The notes below the pieces were generated by a model that ran no database searches, was not told the origin of the DNA, and saw nothing but the letters and a program-made list of their open reading frames with translations. The position numbers were made by a program, and so were the translations under genes. Below, piece after piece: positions 36,565 through 49,004 of a DNA stretch of 49,040 nucleotides. Every line of letters starts with the position of its first letter. The first letter of the stretch is position 1. Origin of the DNA: Octopus bimaculoides (lineage: Eukaryota); contig NC_068982.1 in assembly GCF_001194135.2 (NCBI RefSeq), positions 26,725,241-26,774,280 on the forward strand, given 5' to 3'.

Positions 36565-36605
36565 GTTACTGAAGAGATTGCAAGAGTGCAATGAAATAAT
36601 TTAAC
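36565..36605 (+). ncRNA. Hammerhead-like motif in the 3' tail of the GIY-YIG element
   Basis: GTTA-CTGAAGA-G-ATTGCA AGAG TGCAAT-GAAA-TAA-TT-TAAC. It is on the same strand as, and downstream of, the GIY-YIG ORF. Confidence 0.6.
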
Positions 36606-37900
36606 AAAAAACTATATAAATTAATAAAGGACTGAACCAGTGCGTGTGTTTATTACCGGCATAATGCCTCTCCCAACGTTTAATTGTTTTGTTTTGTTTT
36701 TCTGGTATTTAGTCATTGTTATATTATTGCAGTTAAAGCTTTCTAAACAGTGTTTAGGTTTAAGGGTTTTCTGATTCTTTCACCTTGAGAACAACGATGT
36801 TTTTTTCTTCTTCCGCAGTGAGCCAGTCAGACGTTGTTTCTGGTTATTTAGTATGTTCCTAATATCCTGCTTGCACTTTATGTGTGTTTGTTATATATTT
36901 AAACCAGACGTTTTAGATTTTATCATTTCCTTGTGCCTTCCAGTTATTTTTTTTATTACGCCAGGGCCACGTTTTCACATGGCCTCCTACAAATGCACAG
37001 GTGCTGAGTTTTGTTTTTGTTTGGGTTTTTTTTTTATAATATAATTATTTGGGTTCTTTTATATAATATCGTAAGTGATGATCCCTTCGTGATCGATACT
37101 TCACTGCAGAAATTTTCTACGCTTCTTGCTATCTGTGGGCGCTAGACTTATTTCTATTTTGTTTCAATTGAATTTTTCATAAAATTGTTTTGACTGTGAG
37201 GCAAACTGCACGCTTTATGTAAGGAATTGCTCCGATGTTTATACCCATAGTTTCTTTGCGATTGTCTAAAAAGTAGATTATCGGAAAAATAGATATTTTT
37301 TAGATAATTTTCTATAAATGCGTTTCAGATGGTGTAGATTACAATTATATCGGAATTTATTGTGAAAAAACTTTTTCGGAGGTGGGGAAAGAAATTTCGG
37401 ATAATTCACACGCTTCTATTTTGTTTCCTCATAACTATCAGAAACATAAGTAATTTTTAATAAAATTTTCTATAAATATATTTCAAGTGATGTAGATAAC
37501 GATCATATCGAAATGCAATGGGTAAAAAATAATTGAGAGGAGGCTGTAGATATTTCAGGCATCTCGACTTTGTTTCCTCATACTTTTGGAGGATATAATC
37601 GCAATTATGTTGAAAAGAAACACTTTTGAGACAAACATGATCCCTGCTATTTCTAGCATATTAAATGACTACGTAGAAGATGAGCTATTTTTGAGTTTGC
37701 TTAAATGAAAAACATTAATACTGCAATAAAATAATGAATCCTTCAACTTGGTTCGTTAGTATTTCATCGGTGTTAATGAATACTTTTTGTACTTTGGTAG
37801 TCTACTCGTACGTTGTTCTCGATGTTCCGCTTAAATCTCACCTGGCGTTGTTGTTTGTATTTATTATTGTTATTATTATTACTATTATTATTATTATTAT

Positions 37901-38060
37901 TTACGTTTGTCGCTACGTTCTGAATTCAAATTCCGCCGAGGTCGACTTAGCCTTTCATCCTTTCGGGGTCGATAAATTAAGTACCAGTTGAGTACTGGAG
38001 TCGATGTATTTGACTATCCGCTACCCTCAAATTTCAGGCCTTGTGCTTCCAGTAGAAAGG
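37901..38060 (+). mobile_element. tRNA-derived SINE, family A (5'-truncated)
   Basis: GTTCTGAATTCAAATTCCGCCGAGGTCGACTTAGCCTTTCATCCTTTCGGGGTCGATAAATTAAGTACCAG, followed by an (ATT)n tail. Confidence 0.8.
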
Positions 38061-38113
<53 letters not shown>

Positions 38114-38138
38114 TGTTGTTGTTGTTGTTGTTTTTATT

Positions 38139-38190
<52 letters not shown>
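38060..38190. repeat. Compound trinucleotide array (ATT)n-(GTT)n-(GTA)n
   Basis: Direct read. Confidence 0.95.
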
Positions 38191-38191
<1 letters not shown>

Positions 38192-38299
38192 TACGTTCAC
38201 TGTTTCAAACAAGTTTCAACTGCAACTTCCATGATTATGAGATGTGTGCAACATTGCTTTTTTGTTGTTTCTGTCTGTTGTGTAAAACATGTGCGATGT

Positions 38300-39900
38300 G
38301 AGTTATATTATTCTAATGGGTAGCAATCGTGTCTTGGCTAAATTGTGTGGCAATTTGAGTTACATTATAGCATCACAAGGAGATTGTAACATACTCTTCA
38401 CTGTAGAGTATGCCATGTGTGCGTTGTGCTACATTATTGAGTAATAGTTGTGTCTACTATAATGTTCTGTAGTGTTTTAATGATGTGTGCTATCTGTTAA
38501 ACAGGTTGTGGCGACTTGTTTGAATATAGAAAAAGATGCCTAGCTCATCAATGAATAGCTGTATTTGAAAAAGAATTGGTACATATAATCTTGAGAATCT
38601 GTTTATCACATCTATTTAATGAATCCAACATTTGCATCAATTGCTGCGTCAGTACATGGTCAGTACATGCGCTGGCATGCCCGGATCAAATGATCTTGAT
38701 GAATTTTAGACATAGTGCTGGTTATGGCGGACTTGAGAGCTTGTCTAAAAAGTAAGGTAAATAAAATAAGTTAGAAGAAGTTGGAGATCTTGAAAGAAGT
38801 ATTTTCAAAATCACTGAAGCACCCTGTAGAATCGAGTGTCGATTATCTTTGAATGTGTCAGGTGTCTTGTTATTGGATGGTAACTATGTTAAGTATGTGT
38901 TCTATGTGCTATGCATTTGTAGTAGGTGACGACATGTTTTGTGATTTGTGTATAGAATGTAATATGTGTTATTATTAAATAGTATGGGTATCGCGTAAAT
39001 TGTGGGCTGTACTTAGGCGAGATAGTTTGTTTTTTTTAAACTAAAATAGCTTTTATGCTTTGGTTCATGTTTTACTTTATCATATCTAACGCTCTAATTA
39101 TTACTGGTTCTGTTTTTTTACTTTCGTATCTCACATCCTGTTTGTTTCAATTTCATTATCTTGTAGTTTAATATTTTCTCGATTTTTCAAGAGATGGTAT
39201 TTTGCTTCAAAGAGATCAGAGTGCAGAAGTTCGTTATTCTTTATATTTTCTAATGTTATATTTCTGTAGAATTTGTCTGTCCTTTTATTTTATTTTTCAT
39301 TGATGTCTTTTTGTTATTGATTTAAGTTATGATTAATAGTTCTTTTCTGTTACTTTTTTAACAATCTCTATGTTTGGTTTTGCACTTTTTTTCTTTTTGT
39401 CTTTGCTTGGGATTTGATATACTTATCTGAATAGAATTCAAAGGAGACCCACACTTCTTCAAAAATATTCTTTCTTCGTTGCTTGTATTTTTTATATATT
39501 CTTTCTTTTAAATAACGTAATTCTATGCTTATGACTATATCTTTCCTTTTGAAGGTTTATCTTCTTAATTTATCTAGTTTGCTAGGACAAAGTTAATTTT
39601 AGATCAGGACTAGTTTTCCAGATATATGCATACGTTGTTCATTTTGGTATGGTTAGAGTGTCCTCAAAAATATTCATGCATTATAAAAATGTATTCTTCT
39701 CCATATTGTCCTTATCGTGTTATTTGTCGGACTTAAGTCTGTGCCTTTATTTAGATTGTTCTTTTTATATTTAAACATCGTTGTACGCATTCTATTTTTA
39801 ACCAAGGGCTAAATTACGCTGTTTATGTGTGTAGAGATTGCATTTGAGGTGGAGAGGGGCTGAATCTGTATGGTGGTGATGTTACTTGTGCTTCGTCAGT
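38300..39900 (-). mobile_element. Possible highly decayed PLE ORF
   Basis: Only weak scattered motifs (QPTIYAIP, IKRTDK, HNYY) in an A-rich, coding-like minus strand. Confidence 0.25.
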
Positions 39901-41246
39901 ACGTTTACACTTGGTAGCTAAATGGCCGTCAGTGCAAACATTTGCAATATATTACATATATGAAGCGAAAAGAAATAAAATTTTACCAATTCAATGCATT
40001 ACTTAGGCGAGTTTAATAGGAGACTTCAATAAGTTTAATTGCCGTGAGGAGTGTTAGATTTAACGTTTCAGTTGCTTTGCTTTTGCCTGAGAGTTATGAA
40101 TAGAGAGAAAGGTGTATGGTCGCTTAGGTTGTGATCAAATAAATTATGGAAAAATTGAAATGAGTTTGTGACATAAAGAGTGGTTGGCGGAAGGCCGGAT
40201 GAGAGGTTGTGTGAGAACTCATAAGATGGAAGTGCGACGTGAACGAGTGGGAATGAAGCTAAGAAAAGGATGAGGAAAATTGAAAGAAACAAAGCCTCAA
40301 ACAACAAAAGATAAAGGAAGAAATCACGTTGAAGGGGGGAGGGGAAACAGTAAACAAAAGGAGTGGAAGATATAAAGCACTGCACCCCAAAAAGCTATTT
40401 AAGTCTAAAGGCAATTATAGAATAATCTTAATTTAGAATGACCGAATTATTTTGCCAATGGTTGCAAAAGCGGTTATTCACACATATACACATAAACTCA
40501 TATAGATGTACGTACATACATTTGTAAAAGAAAGGAATACAGTCGCATATATACATATTTGCATTGATGCAATGCTTACACATTAACAAAAATGTCCTCC
40601 TTTACCGACACACATTCATAAATATACGTAAACGCAAAGACGCAAGGGTAAACGCACCCATGCATTTATTCCTTTACACAAACCCGCACAAATATGCACA
40701 TTACAGATACAGAATGTTTTGAATTAAAACGACCGAAAGGGAGAGGATAGTAATGTCGAGCCTGGGAAAGCTTGACTCAAGTATTTTCTTGGGGATGTGG
40801 GTGAGACGGAACGCAAAATCATATGATTTTAGGGAGAATATTTGTGAGACAAAGATTGAGAGAGTAATGAAAAAAAAGAGATACTTGCCCTTGTGTCTGT
40901 GAAAGTCGGTTGAGCAATATAGTAGCAAAATATAGGGCGATAGACAGTCACATTAGTGGCTGGCCAAATTAAAGCGACGGGTAACGAGTTTAAGTGCTGC
41001 AGTGGGATGCTGTTACAAATGTTGATAGGATGTTTACGGAATCTGTTACTAAAAAGAGGTTCATTTAGGGAAGAATGATGCCCTGGAGCAGCTGGGTCAA
41101 ACGGTGGAGTGAAAGGTAAAAGGGAATATGATCTAGTCCTCAAGTTTGCATAAATAAATAAACGCCTTTCTCTATATATATTTATTTGTATCCATGTGTG
41201 TAATTGTGAGTGTGATACACACACATACATACTCACTATATATATT

Positions 41247-41660
41247 GGCGCAGGCGTGGTTGTGTGGTAAGGAGCTTGCTTCCCAAACACTTGCTTCCGG
41301 GTTCATTCCCACTGGGTGGCACCTTGGACAAGTATCTTCTATTATAGCTTAGAGCTGACCAAAGCCTCTTGAGTGGATTTGGTTTACGGAAACTGAATGA
41401 AGCCCATTGAATATATACATGTGTGTGTGCGCGTGCGTGTGTGTTTGTGTGTGTCTGTGTATCTGTGTTTGATCCTACCACTGATTGATAACCGGTGTTG
41501 ATGTGTCTTCGTTCCCTTAAGGTAGTAGTTCGGTAAAAGAGATCGATAGAATAAGCATCAGGCTTAACAAAAAAATAAGTACTGGAGTCAATGCATTCGA
41601 CTAAAAATCTTTCAAGGCGATACCCCAGCATAGCCACAGTCTAATGACTGAAACAAGTAA
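41247..41660 (+). mobile_element. tRNA-derived SINE, family B
   Basis: Head GGCGCAGGCGTGGTTGTGTGGTAAGGAGCTTGC..CCGGGTTCATTCCCACTG and tail CCAGCATAGCCACAGTCTAATGACTGAAACAAGTAA. Confidence 0.82.
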
Positions 41661-41820
41661 TATATATAGATGGCGGTGTGGGTTTTCGCCCCGACATCCG
41701 AAACTCGGAGTTTTATCATGGCTGCCGAATAATTGTCACATATTATTTGCAGATAAATTCCTCTATTTACATAATATCGAGGTCTCTTTCTTTCTTTTGT
41801 TGTCTTGCCTTTTTCTATCA

Positions 41821-41885
<65 letters not shown>

Positions 41886-41887
<2 letters not shown>

Positions 41888-42089
41888 GGCTTGTTTCAGT
41901 CATTTTACTGCGGCCATGCTGGAGCATCGCATTTAATCGAGCAAAACGATCCCAGCACTTATTCTTTGTAGGCCTAGTACTTATTCTATTGGTCTCTTTT
42001 GCCGAACCGCTAAGTTACGGGGACATAGACACACCAACATCGCTGTCAAGCGATGGTGGGGGACAAACACAGACACACAAAGGCATACA

Positions 42090-42121
<32 letters not shown>

Positions 42122-42334
42122 AATTCAAATTATGTTGAACGTAAACAAACAAATGAAGTTTGTTTTAGAAGCGTTGAGATGTCTTAGAAAGTTAAAGAAG
42201 TGATTTTTTTAAATTCTCAAACGCGGGATAATGCTAATAATATAGCCTGAACAGGATAAGCTACCCCTACTTTGCAGAAGAGGGGTAACTTATCCTGTTC
42301 AGGCTATATTATTAGTATTATCCTGCGTTTGAGA

Positions 42335-42366
<32 letters not shown>

Positions 42367-42520
42367 TATATGCTTCTTTCAGTTTTTGTCTTACATATCT
42401 ACTCACAAGGCTTTGTTCGGCCCGAGACTATAGTAAAAGACACTTCCCCAAGGTGGGACTGAACCCGGAATCGTGAGGTTGTGAGACAGGCTTCTTACCA
42501 CACAGCCATTCATGCACCTA
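41886..42520 (-). mobile_element. SINE family B split by an insertion at about 42120-42360
   Basis: The 3' half lies at 41886-42120 and the 5' half at 42370-42520, both collinear with 28055-28457. Confidence 0.72.
42213..42336. repeat. Near-perfect inverted repeat: 56-bp arms, 12-nt loop
   Basis: 42213-42268 versus 42281-42336 shows 53/56 complementary positions. Confidence 0.95.
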
Positions 42521-42696
42521 TATAAATATATATCAAAAAGCAATCTTTGTGTACATCTTAACGTGAATGTTTTATTAGAACACCGAATACTGCATTAATT
42601 TACCTTGAGAGAAACTCTTGTATAGACTCGTGGTGCATAAAAGTACACGTATTTATATCATTTACAGACGAGAATCACCTGCTTCGGTCGCCGATG

Positions 42697-42743
42697 CTTC
42701 CAGATCACGTGATTTCACCCACTTTTGGGCTCTTCAGTGAAAG
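42697..42743 (-). ncRNA. Canonical minimal type I hammerhead ribozyme
   Basis: CTTTCA-CTGAAGA-GCCC AAAAGT GGGT-GAAA-TCACGTGA-TC-TGGAAG. The core is intact, stem III is palindromic, the triplet is AUC and stem I is 6 bp. Confidence 0.8.
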
Positions 42744-43599
42744 ACACTGAGGAGCCAGTTATCTACGGTAGCGACATGACAACTGAATTTCATTGTCATC
42801 GATTTAAAGAATTTTAGTGTCTTTCCTGATATTGATGTCGCAGAAAGCCAACAGGCTTATTAAAAAATTAATCAATTGCGACAGACGCAGTATTGATACC
42901 AAAAAGAAAAAATTACGTGATCTGGCAGTTCCAGTTGGTGTAGTAAACGATTCTCGTGTGTCAATGATATAAATACGAGTGTCTGTTGCCTATAGTAAAA
43001 AAGGTTATTAATAATCCATTGTAACTCAAAAGATCCATGATCAATTTATGTCAAACAATTATCAGATAACAATCCCAACCTGTTCTGGAAATACCCGAAG
43101 CATTCGGGGTTTGCATATTTTTAGTATTAGATTATGGGCTTAAAACTTCGAAACGATCATAATCCATCACATTTTACAAGTGTCAGTTATTTTCCTTAAA
43201 TAATTAGGCACAGCTACTTCGATTGAATTTTTTTTTAATATAGGTGAATTGTTTAATAGCAAATGACTGTGAGCTACAGTGTTTTAGTGAAAGAGTCTTT
43301 GAATATGCATTAAAGTATACAGTTGTAATTTACAATGACGTTTTCCAATCATTTTACAAAGAAGTTTATCTAACAGTTATTAACATTAAGCAAAATTTAG
43401 TTACCAAGTAACATCCATTTTTTTAGATATACAAATCAATAATCATAATCTCATGTCATCAAAACGTACATATTGAAAGAAGTATGTACCAGTTTCATTA
43501 TAAGAAGAATATTGTGCGGGGAAAGAGCAAATCCATTACTTGCAATTAAGTTGGACATGGTAACACGTAACATGCTGTTTTAGATGTCTATGTTCTTGC

Positions 43600-43835
43600 A
43601 AGCAGATAGAGATCACACTTGGCCTTCCAGCATTTGACTCAATGGTACATTCATGATGTCACAGGGAGAGGTAAGTGATTGCACCAGTACTGGACTGGTA
43701 TTTAGTTTCGACTGAGGTAAAAATATATATATAAATACTTGCTCAAGAAGATAATACCCTGTTCGCTTCGGGAATCGAAACGTCGAACCTATGAGCATCA
43801 AACCAACTACACACTAACCACTATCCGAGCTTTAT
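43600..43835 (-). mobile_element. tRNA-derived SINE (family C)
   Basis: Minus strand GCTCGGATAGTGGTTAGTG..GTTTCGATTCCCG..TCTTGAGCAAGTA contains A/B boxes plus the central block. Confidence 0.6.
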
Positions 43836-44965
43836 ACCCTGCATTCCTCTTGGACAAATTAAACTTATAGAAGTCCCCTATTAACTCACCTAAATAATGT
43901 ATTAACTTAATAAAATTCTATTATGATTTATATATCCACCCATCCAATCATCTTTTCTATTCTCTAGTCCTAAGAGAGTCATGAGAATAGGGTCCTTATG
44001 AACCTCCTCCATAAGGTCATCACACTTTCTTTTCTTTCCAATCACTACCAGTTGTTCTCTCCAGATACACGCATCTTTTCTGCTCCCAGCCAATGCCTGT
44101 CAGAACATGTTGCAAGCTTTTTGCTGGTTGTACCGGCATTGATTAAAGGTTGCAGCATCTGTTTCGAATGGATCCCTCTACATGAGATCCGAACGCGACG
44201 GGTGATGCACTGTGGTTATTCGTTTGAACCCCTTTCATATTGCTGTTTGTGGCGGTCTTATTCGCGCCAGGCATCAAGCTGGTATTTATATTGGAACTGC
44301 GAAGTAAGGAAGTATCAATGTAACTAAAGTGTACATCAAGTTTTAGCCAACTGTTCTCGCCTCTCTTGTTACTATTTCCCTTATTTTTCCCCAAAACTCT
44401 CTTCCACGCCATTTTCATCATAAGAAACTTATTTGTTTCTGATATTCATTTGTAATGGTTATAATGTGTTCTGTTTGCGATTGTTTAATTCTTAATTTCT
44501 GAAACGAATTTTGCTTGAAATTTTACATCTTCTGCAAATATCATAGCAGAAACGATGCAATGTTTATATTGCAACGATGCAATATTTATATTGTTTTCCG
44601 TCAAAGGTCAATTGTATTAACCAAGATTTCATTAATTTAGAAATGTCATAATATCCAGTCCAATCAGCTTTAAATACTTATTTGTGAATCATCAAATAAT
44701 TGCACAATTTATAAACATTTATTAACCAATGTATTATTCCAAAATTTCACTTACGCCTGATGATAGGTCACATGAAAATCGGAGTAACAGTTTGCGAAGA
44801 TTTTTTTACCTGCAATAAAACAGTATATTTTATTTGACCTTAGGTATTTGAGCGCTCTTTTATTCCACTTTGGTTCGCATCTATATGCTCACATGAGTCT
44901 CTCTTTCTCTCTCTCTCGTTCTCTCTTTCTCTTTCTCTCTCCAGGTATGTGTGTATGTATGTATG

Positions 44966-45002
<37 letters not shown>

Positions 45003-45522
45003 NNNNNNNNNNNNNNNNNNNNNNNNNNNNNNNNNNNNNNNNNNNNNNNNNNNNNNNNNNNNNNNNNNNNNNNNNNNNNNNNNNNNNNNNNNNNNNNNNN
45101 NNNNNNNNNNNNNNNNNNNNNNNNNNNNNNNNNNNNNNNNNNNNNNNNNNNNNNNNNNNNNNNNNNNNNNNNNNNNNNNNNNNNNNNNNNNNNNNNNNNN
45201 NNNNAAAAGGATAAAGAGACCAATGGCAAAGTTAGAAATATATTTTATGGATAAAGTCTTACAGCTGTTTCAAGGAAAATCCAATGTATCCCTTCATCGG
45301 AGACGGTAATAGTAGAGGAATGGATTATTACATCTATAAGAGGAGAGTTGTAGTAAGACGTGAGAGCGATGCGCTGAAAAAAGAACAACACGCTAATACA
45401 CCACCTATATTCCGCACTCATGTTTATACAACGGAAGGGGCAAAACTAGCCGGTATACAGCACTTACTCGGTATTACCTGTATCTTTGGGTTTGGTTGAA
45501 TCCAATACCCTTTATAACCTCA

Positions 45523-45553
<31 letters not shown>

Positions 45554-45724
45554 TATCAAAGATTCGAATGAATCAGGTATTTAAATGGTAAGCACCAGGT
45601 TGGGTCGAATTAACTTGTAAAGAGCACCTTTAGTCGAATAAATGTCATGCGTACCAAAGTACATCCAGTGAAATATTCAGGTTATGTATACAGGGAATTT
45701 AACCCTTATGAGTATTTTAGCCTA

Positions 45725-46123
45725 AGGGCTAATCCAAAAGTGTACGGTATTTGATATACACGCCAACACCGATTGTCAAGCAGTAACGGCTTGACACAAA
45801 GACACACACACGCACACACACACACACACACGCACACACACACACGCACACACACACATATATATTTATATATATANNNNNNNNNNNNNNNNNNNNNNNN
45901 NNNNNNNNNNNNNNNNNNNNNNNNNNNNNNNNNNNNNNNNNNNNNATATATATATATATATACAACGGGCTTCTTTCAAATTCTGTCTACCAAATCCACT
46001 CACAGGGCTTTGGTTAGCCCGATGCTATAGTAGAAGACACGTGCCAAAAGTGCCACACAGTTGGACTGAGGCCGGAACCGTGTGGTTGGGAAGAAAGCTT
46101 CACATCACACAGCCACGCCTGCG
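45725..46123 (-). mobile_element. SINE family B (gap inside)
   Basis: ACAACGGGCTTCTTTCAAATTCTGTCTACCAAATCCACTCACAGGGCTTTGG..CACAGCCACGCCTGCG. Confidence 0.8.
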
Positions 46124-46124
46124 A

Positions 46125-46600
46125 TTTCTGTGTTCCTTTCTGTGGAAGACCGTTGGCTCGAAACGTTAAAGACTTTTTCACTTCTCGAGCGTTAAACTAA
46201 TACATGTTTGTTGTTCCTGTCTCCTCTCATCACCCAACGAACTTTTACGGAATCTTTACCTGGACTTTCTACTACACTTCAGCTGCACCTCTCCTGCCCA
46301 TGGATTACACTGGACTCCTCTGTTGATGAAAAATCGCTCCAATACACCACGACGTTCGAAGCTTTTGAACCTTTTGAACCTTTCGTATCTTTTTTATACT
46401 TCCTAATTTTTTTTTGTACTTTCTGCTTTCCATGATAGATCACTAGCCACTACACATTCTTTATTTTCTCTCCTTGTTTCTTTCTGTGTTCCTTTCTGTG
46501 GAAGAGCATGGGCTCGAAACATTAAAGACTTTTTCACTTCCCGAGCGTTTAACAAATACATTTGTTTGTTGTCTACACCACCTGTCTTCGTCTTTTGTTT
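46125..46600 (+). mobile_element. Tandem PLE-type terminal repeats with decayed hammerhead-like cores
   Basis: Direct repeats at 46125-46215 and 46483-46575: CTGTGTTCCTTTCTGTGGAAGA.C.T.GGCTCGAAAC.TTAAAGACTTTTTCACTTC.CGAGCG. Confidence 0.6.
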
Positions 46601-47590
46601 GGGTTTTTTTTTGCGAATTCTCCNNNNNNNNNNNNNNNNNNNNNNNNNNNNNNNNNNNNNNNNNNNNNNNNNNNNNNNNNNNNNNNNNNNNNNNNNNNNN
46701 NNNNNNNNNNNNNNNNNNNNNNNNNNNNNNNNNNNNNNNNNNNNNNNNNNNNNNNNNNNNNNNNNNNTATAAATCATTGATTAGAAAACAAACATCAAAT
46801 TCGGGCCAGCGACTTTATATAGCCCAATGCTATACATTTCATCATATACAAATAATACTATGCACTTCAAACATATAAAAGAAATACATATTAGGTCGTC
46901 AAGTATGAAATTTGTAGTAAGGTATATGGTAAACTTTGACAGCTGCTCTTTTTCTTTACAATTCATGCTTACAGAAAACTCACACAGATTGAAAACAAAA
47001 TTACAAATATAAATAATCCTTTTATAGTCACCTATAATCCTAGGAATACAAATATAAATAATCCATTTGTAGTCACCTATAATCCTAGGAATCACCACAG
47101 CCAACAAAAAGAGTTATTATTCAATTTTACATCAATCGACAAGATCCGAAGACAACAACCAAATCTCAAGAAACTCCCTAACAAAGGCGAGATTCGCATC
47201 GGAGAAAGAAATAATGAAGGTATTAAACTGTGAGGACCCTCGTAAAACATGTGAAATAGTTGGAACAAACAAAAGATTCGAGAGTTCGAAGGATTGAAAA
47301 TGAATGCAGATGTATATGGCCGATAGTCTTCAAAGTGCTTTATCTCGGTTCCTTTTGGCTTTATATATTCTCTGACAAGTTGCGATTTTAGGTGTGGTGT
47401 GAAGCATTGTGAAGAGATAAACTGATGTGTAGGTAGACCGGAGATGTACTTGTGTAGGCAGAGAGAATAAAAGAGAACAGAATGTAAGTGTACGTTTCGT
47501 GGGTGAAGATGGATAGAAGAATCTCACTGACACGATTTATAGAATATCAGGTTCTTTTCAGACACTGATGTCGCAAAAGGCCAGGCACTC

Positions 47591-47632
47591 CCCATTAATG
47601 ATTTCCAGTAGAATGAAACCACGTGATATGGG
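47591..47632 (+). ncRNA. Decayed hammerhead, relative of 42697-42743
   Basis: CCCA-TTAATGA-TTTC CAGTA GAAT-GAAA-CCACGTGA-TA-TGGG. The flank also shares CAGACGAGAAT with 42666. Confidence 0.5.
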
Positions 47633-47787
47633 AATTCCGGCGTCCATGACTGACCATTCTCGTCTGCTACGGACTATATGTGTGCTGTTATGCACCAAGC
47701 GCCTATATAAGAGCTCAGAACGCAGTAATCAATGTTCCAACAAGATATCTATGTTGAGTTGGATATAACGATTACTTTATGTGTGTA

Positions 47788-47886
<99 letters not shown>

Positions 47887-48088
47887 CGAGAAAAAATTTT
47901 GCGGAACAGACGTTATTTTAATGTGATACATTTTGTAAACACCTGAAGAGAAACATCAACATCGACGGATATTCCTAAACCAGTTGTTCAGTATCCCACC
48001 CGTGAGGGATCGATGGTAGACGGATCGAAACAATTGTATTGATCAATAAACATTCTTGTATCTTCCATCTTCCGTCTCGATAATCAAA

Positions 48089-49004
48089 TCTATATACATA
48101 AATGTCAATTTCTGTCTGTGGCTGTGTATGTTTGTGAACTTGTTACTTAAACTCCTCCGACACTATCCAACCAATCTTAATGAAACTTGACACATGTGGG
48201 GGGCTTATTTATGCTCATGCAGTCACTTACGTACTTGGAATTTCAAAAAATCGATAATTTCTAATCAGCATCGGTTTTTCAAAAATCAATAGGACATCTC
48301 AATGCAAATTCTCATATGAATGTTATTTTCTACCATAAGTTTTTAACCGATTTTCTTGAAATTTTATACAAAGATGGAATATGCGCTAAAGGTGGGTTGA
48401 GACAAATAAATTTTTACCTAGGCCACTCAAGCAAAGCGTAAGAGGATTTTTGATTCACTAAATTGTTGTGGGGTTAAAATGTTCATCAATTATTTCAGCA
48501 TTCTCAGGTTGCTGTAACATGTATTTTCTTAACATCTGCACTTAAAGTTATCGATTCTAAACGTTGCAGCATTATGTGATAACACATGTAACATGTATTT
48601 TCTGAACATCTGCACTTAAAATTGTTGGTTCTAGCCGTTGCAATCTATAATTGGTTCTCACGATCAGTGCAACTGTACCCATGAAACACAGTCGTCAAAT
48701 TAGGTGCCTTTTCCCTAAATAATTTTTTGCTTACTTTTCAAACATCTATGGTCTTTTTATTTTCTCATAGCACTCCTTTACAATTCCTTTCTTGATCTTT
48801 CCACTGATTATATATTTGCAGCTTCCCATTAATCTGACCAAACGATTGTCATTTTCCGATTCCACACGTATTTATTTGTATTATTATTTCGTGAATGAAT
48901 TTGCTTACGCCTTCTATTATCTGTCCTATGTCTGAGAAAATTAGGCATTGAAATGGGTACCTGGAATATCCCCGCTCCCGGGTATTACCGGGTACCTCAG
49001 CTAG
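48089..49004 (+). mobile_element. Non-autonomous Helitron
   Basis: 5' end A|TCTATATACATAAATG..CCAACCAATCTTAATGAAACTTGACACA; 3' hairpin CCCGG-GTATTA-CCGGG then CTAG at 49001-49004. The next base is C rather than T. Confidence 0.65.

Noticed and set aside
41247-41320. tRNA genes at SINE heads (also 6100-6192, 28390-28457, 43750-43835)
   Set aside because: A/B boxes are present but there is no full cloverleaf, and each continues into a multi-copy SINE body.
43130-43163. GATTAT..GAAA-CGA-TC-ATAATC with a perfect stem I
   Set aside because: The CUGANGA core is missing, so it is a relic at best.
43900-44430. GC-richer segment with several 60-110 aa ORFs
   Set aside because: No recognisable motifs or splice signals in any frame.
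47002-47091. 45-bp tandem duplication
   Set aside because: It is real but only two units, with no further structure.
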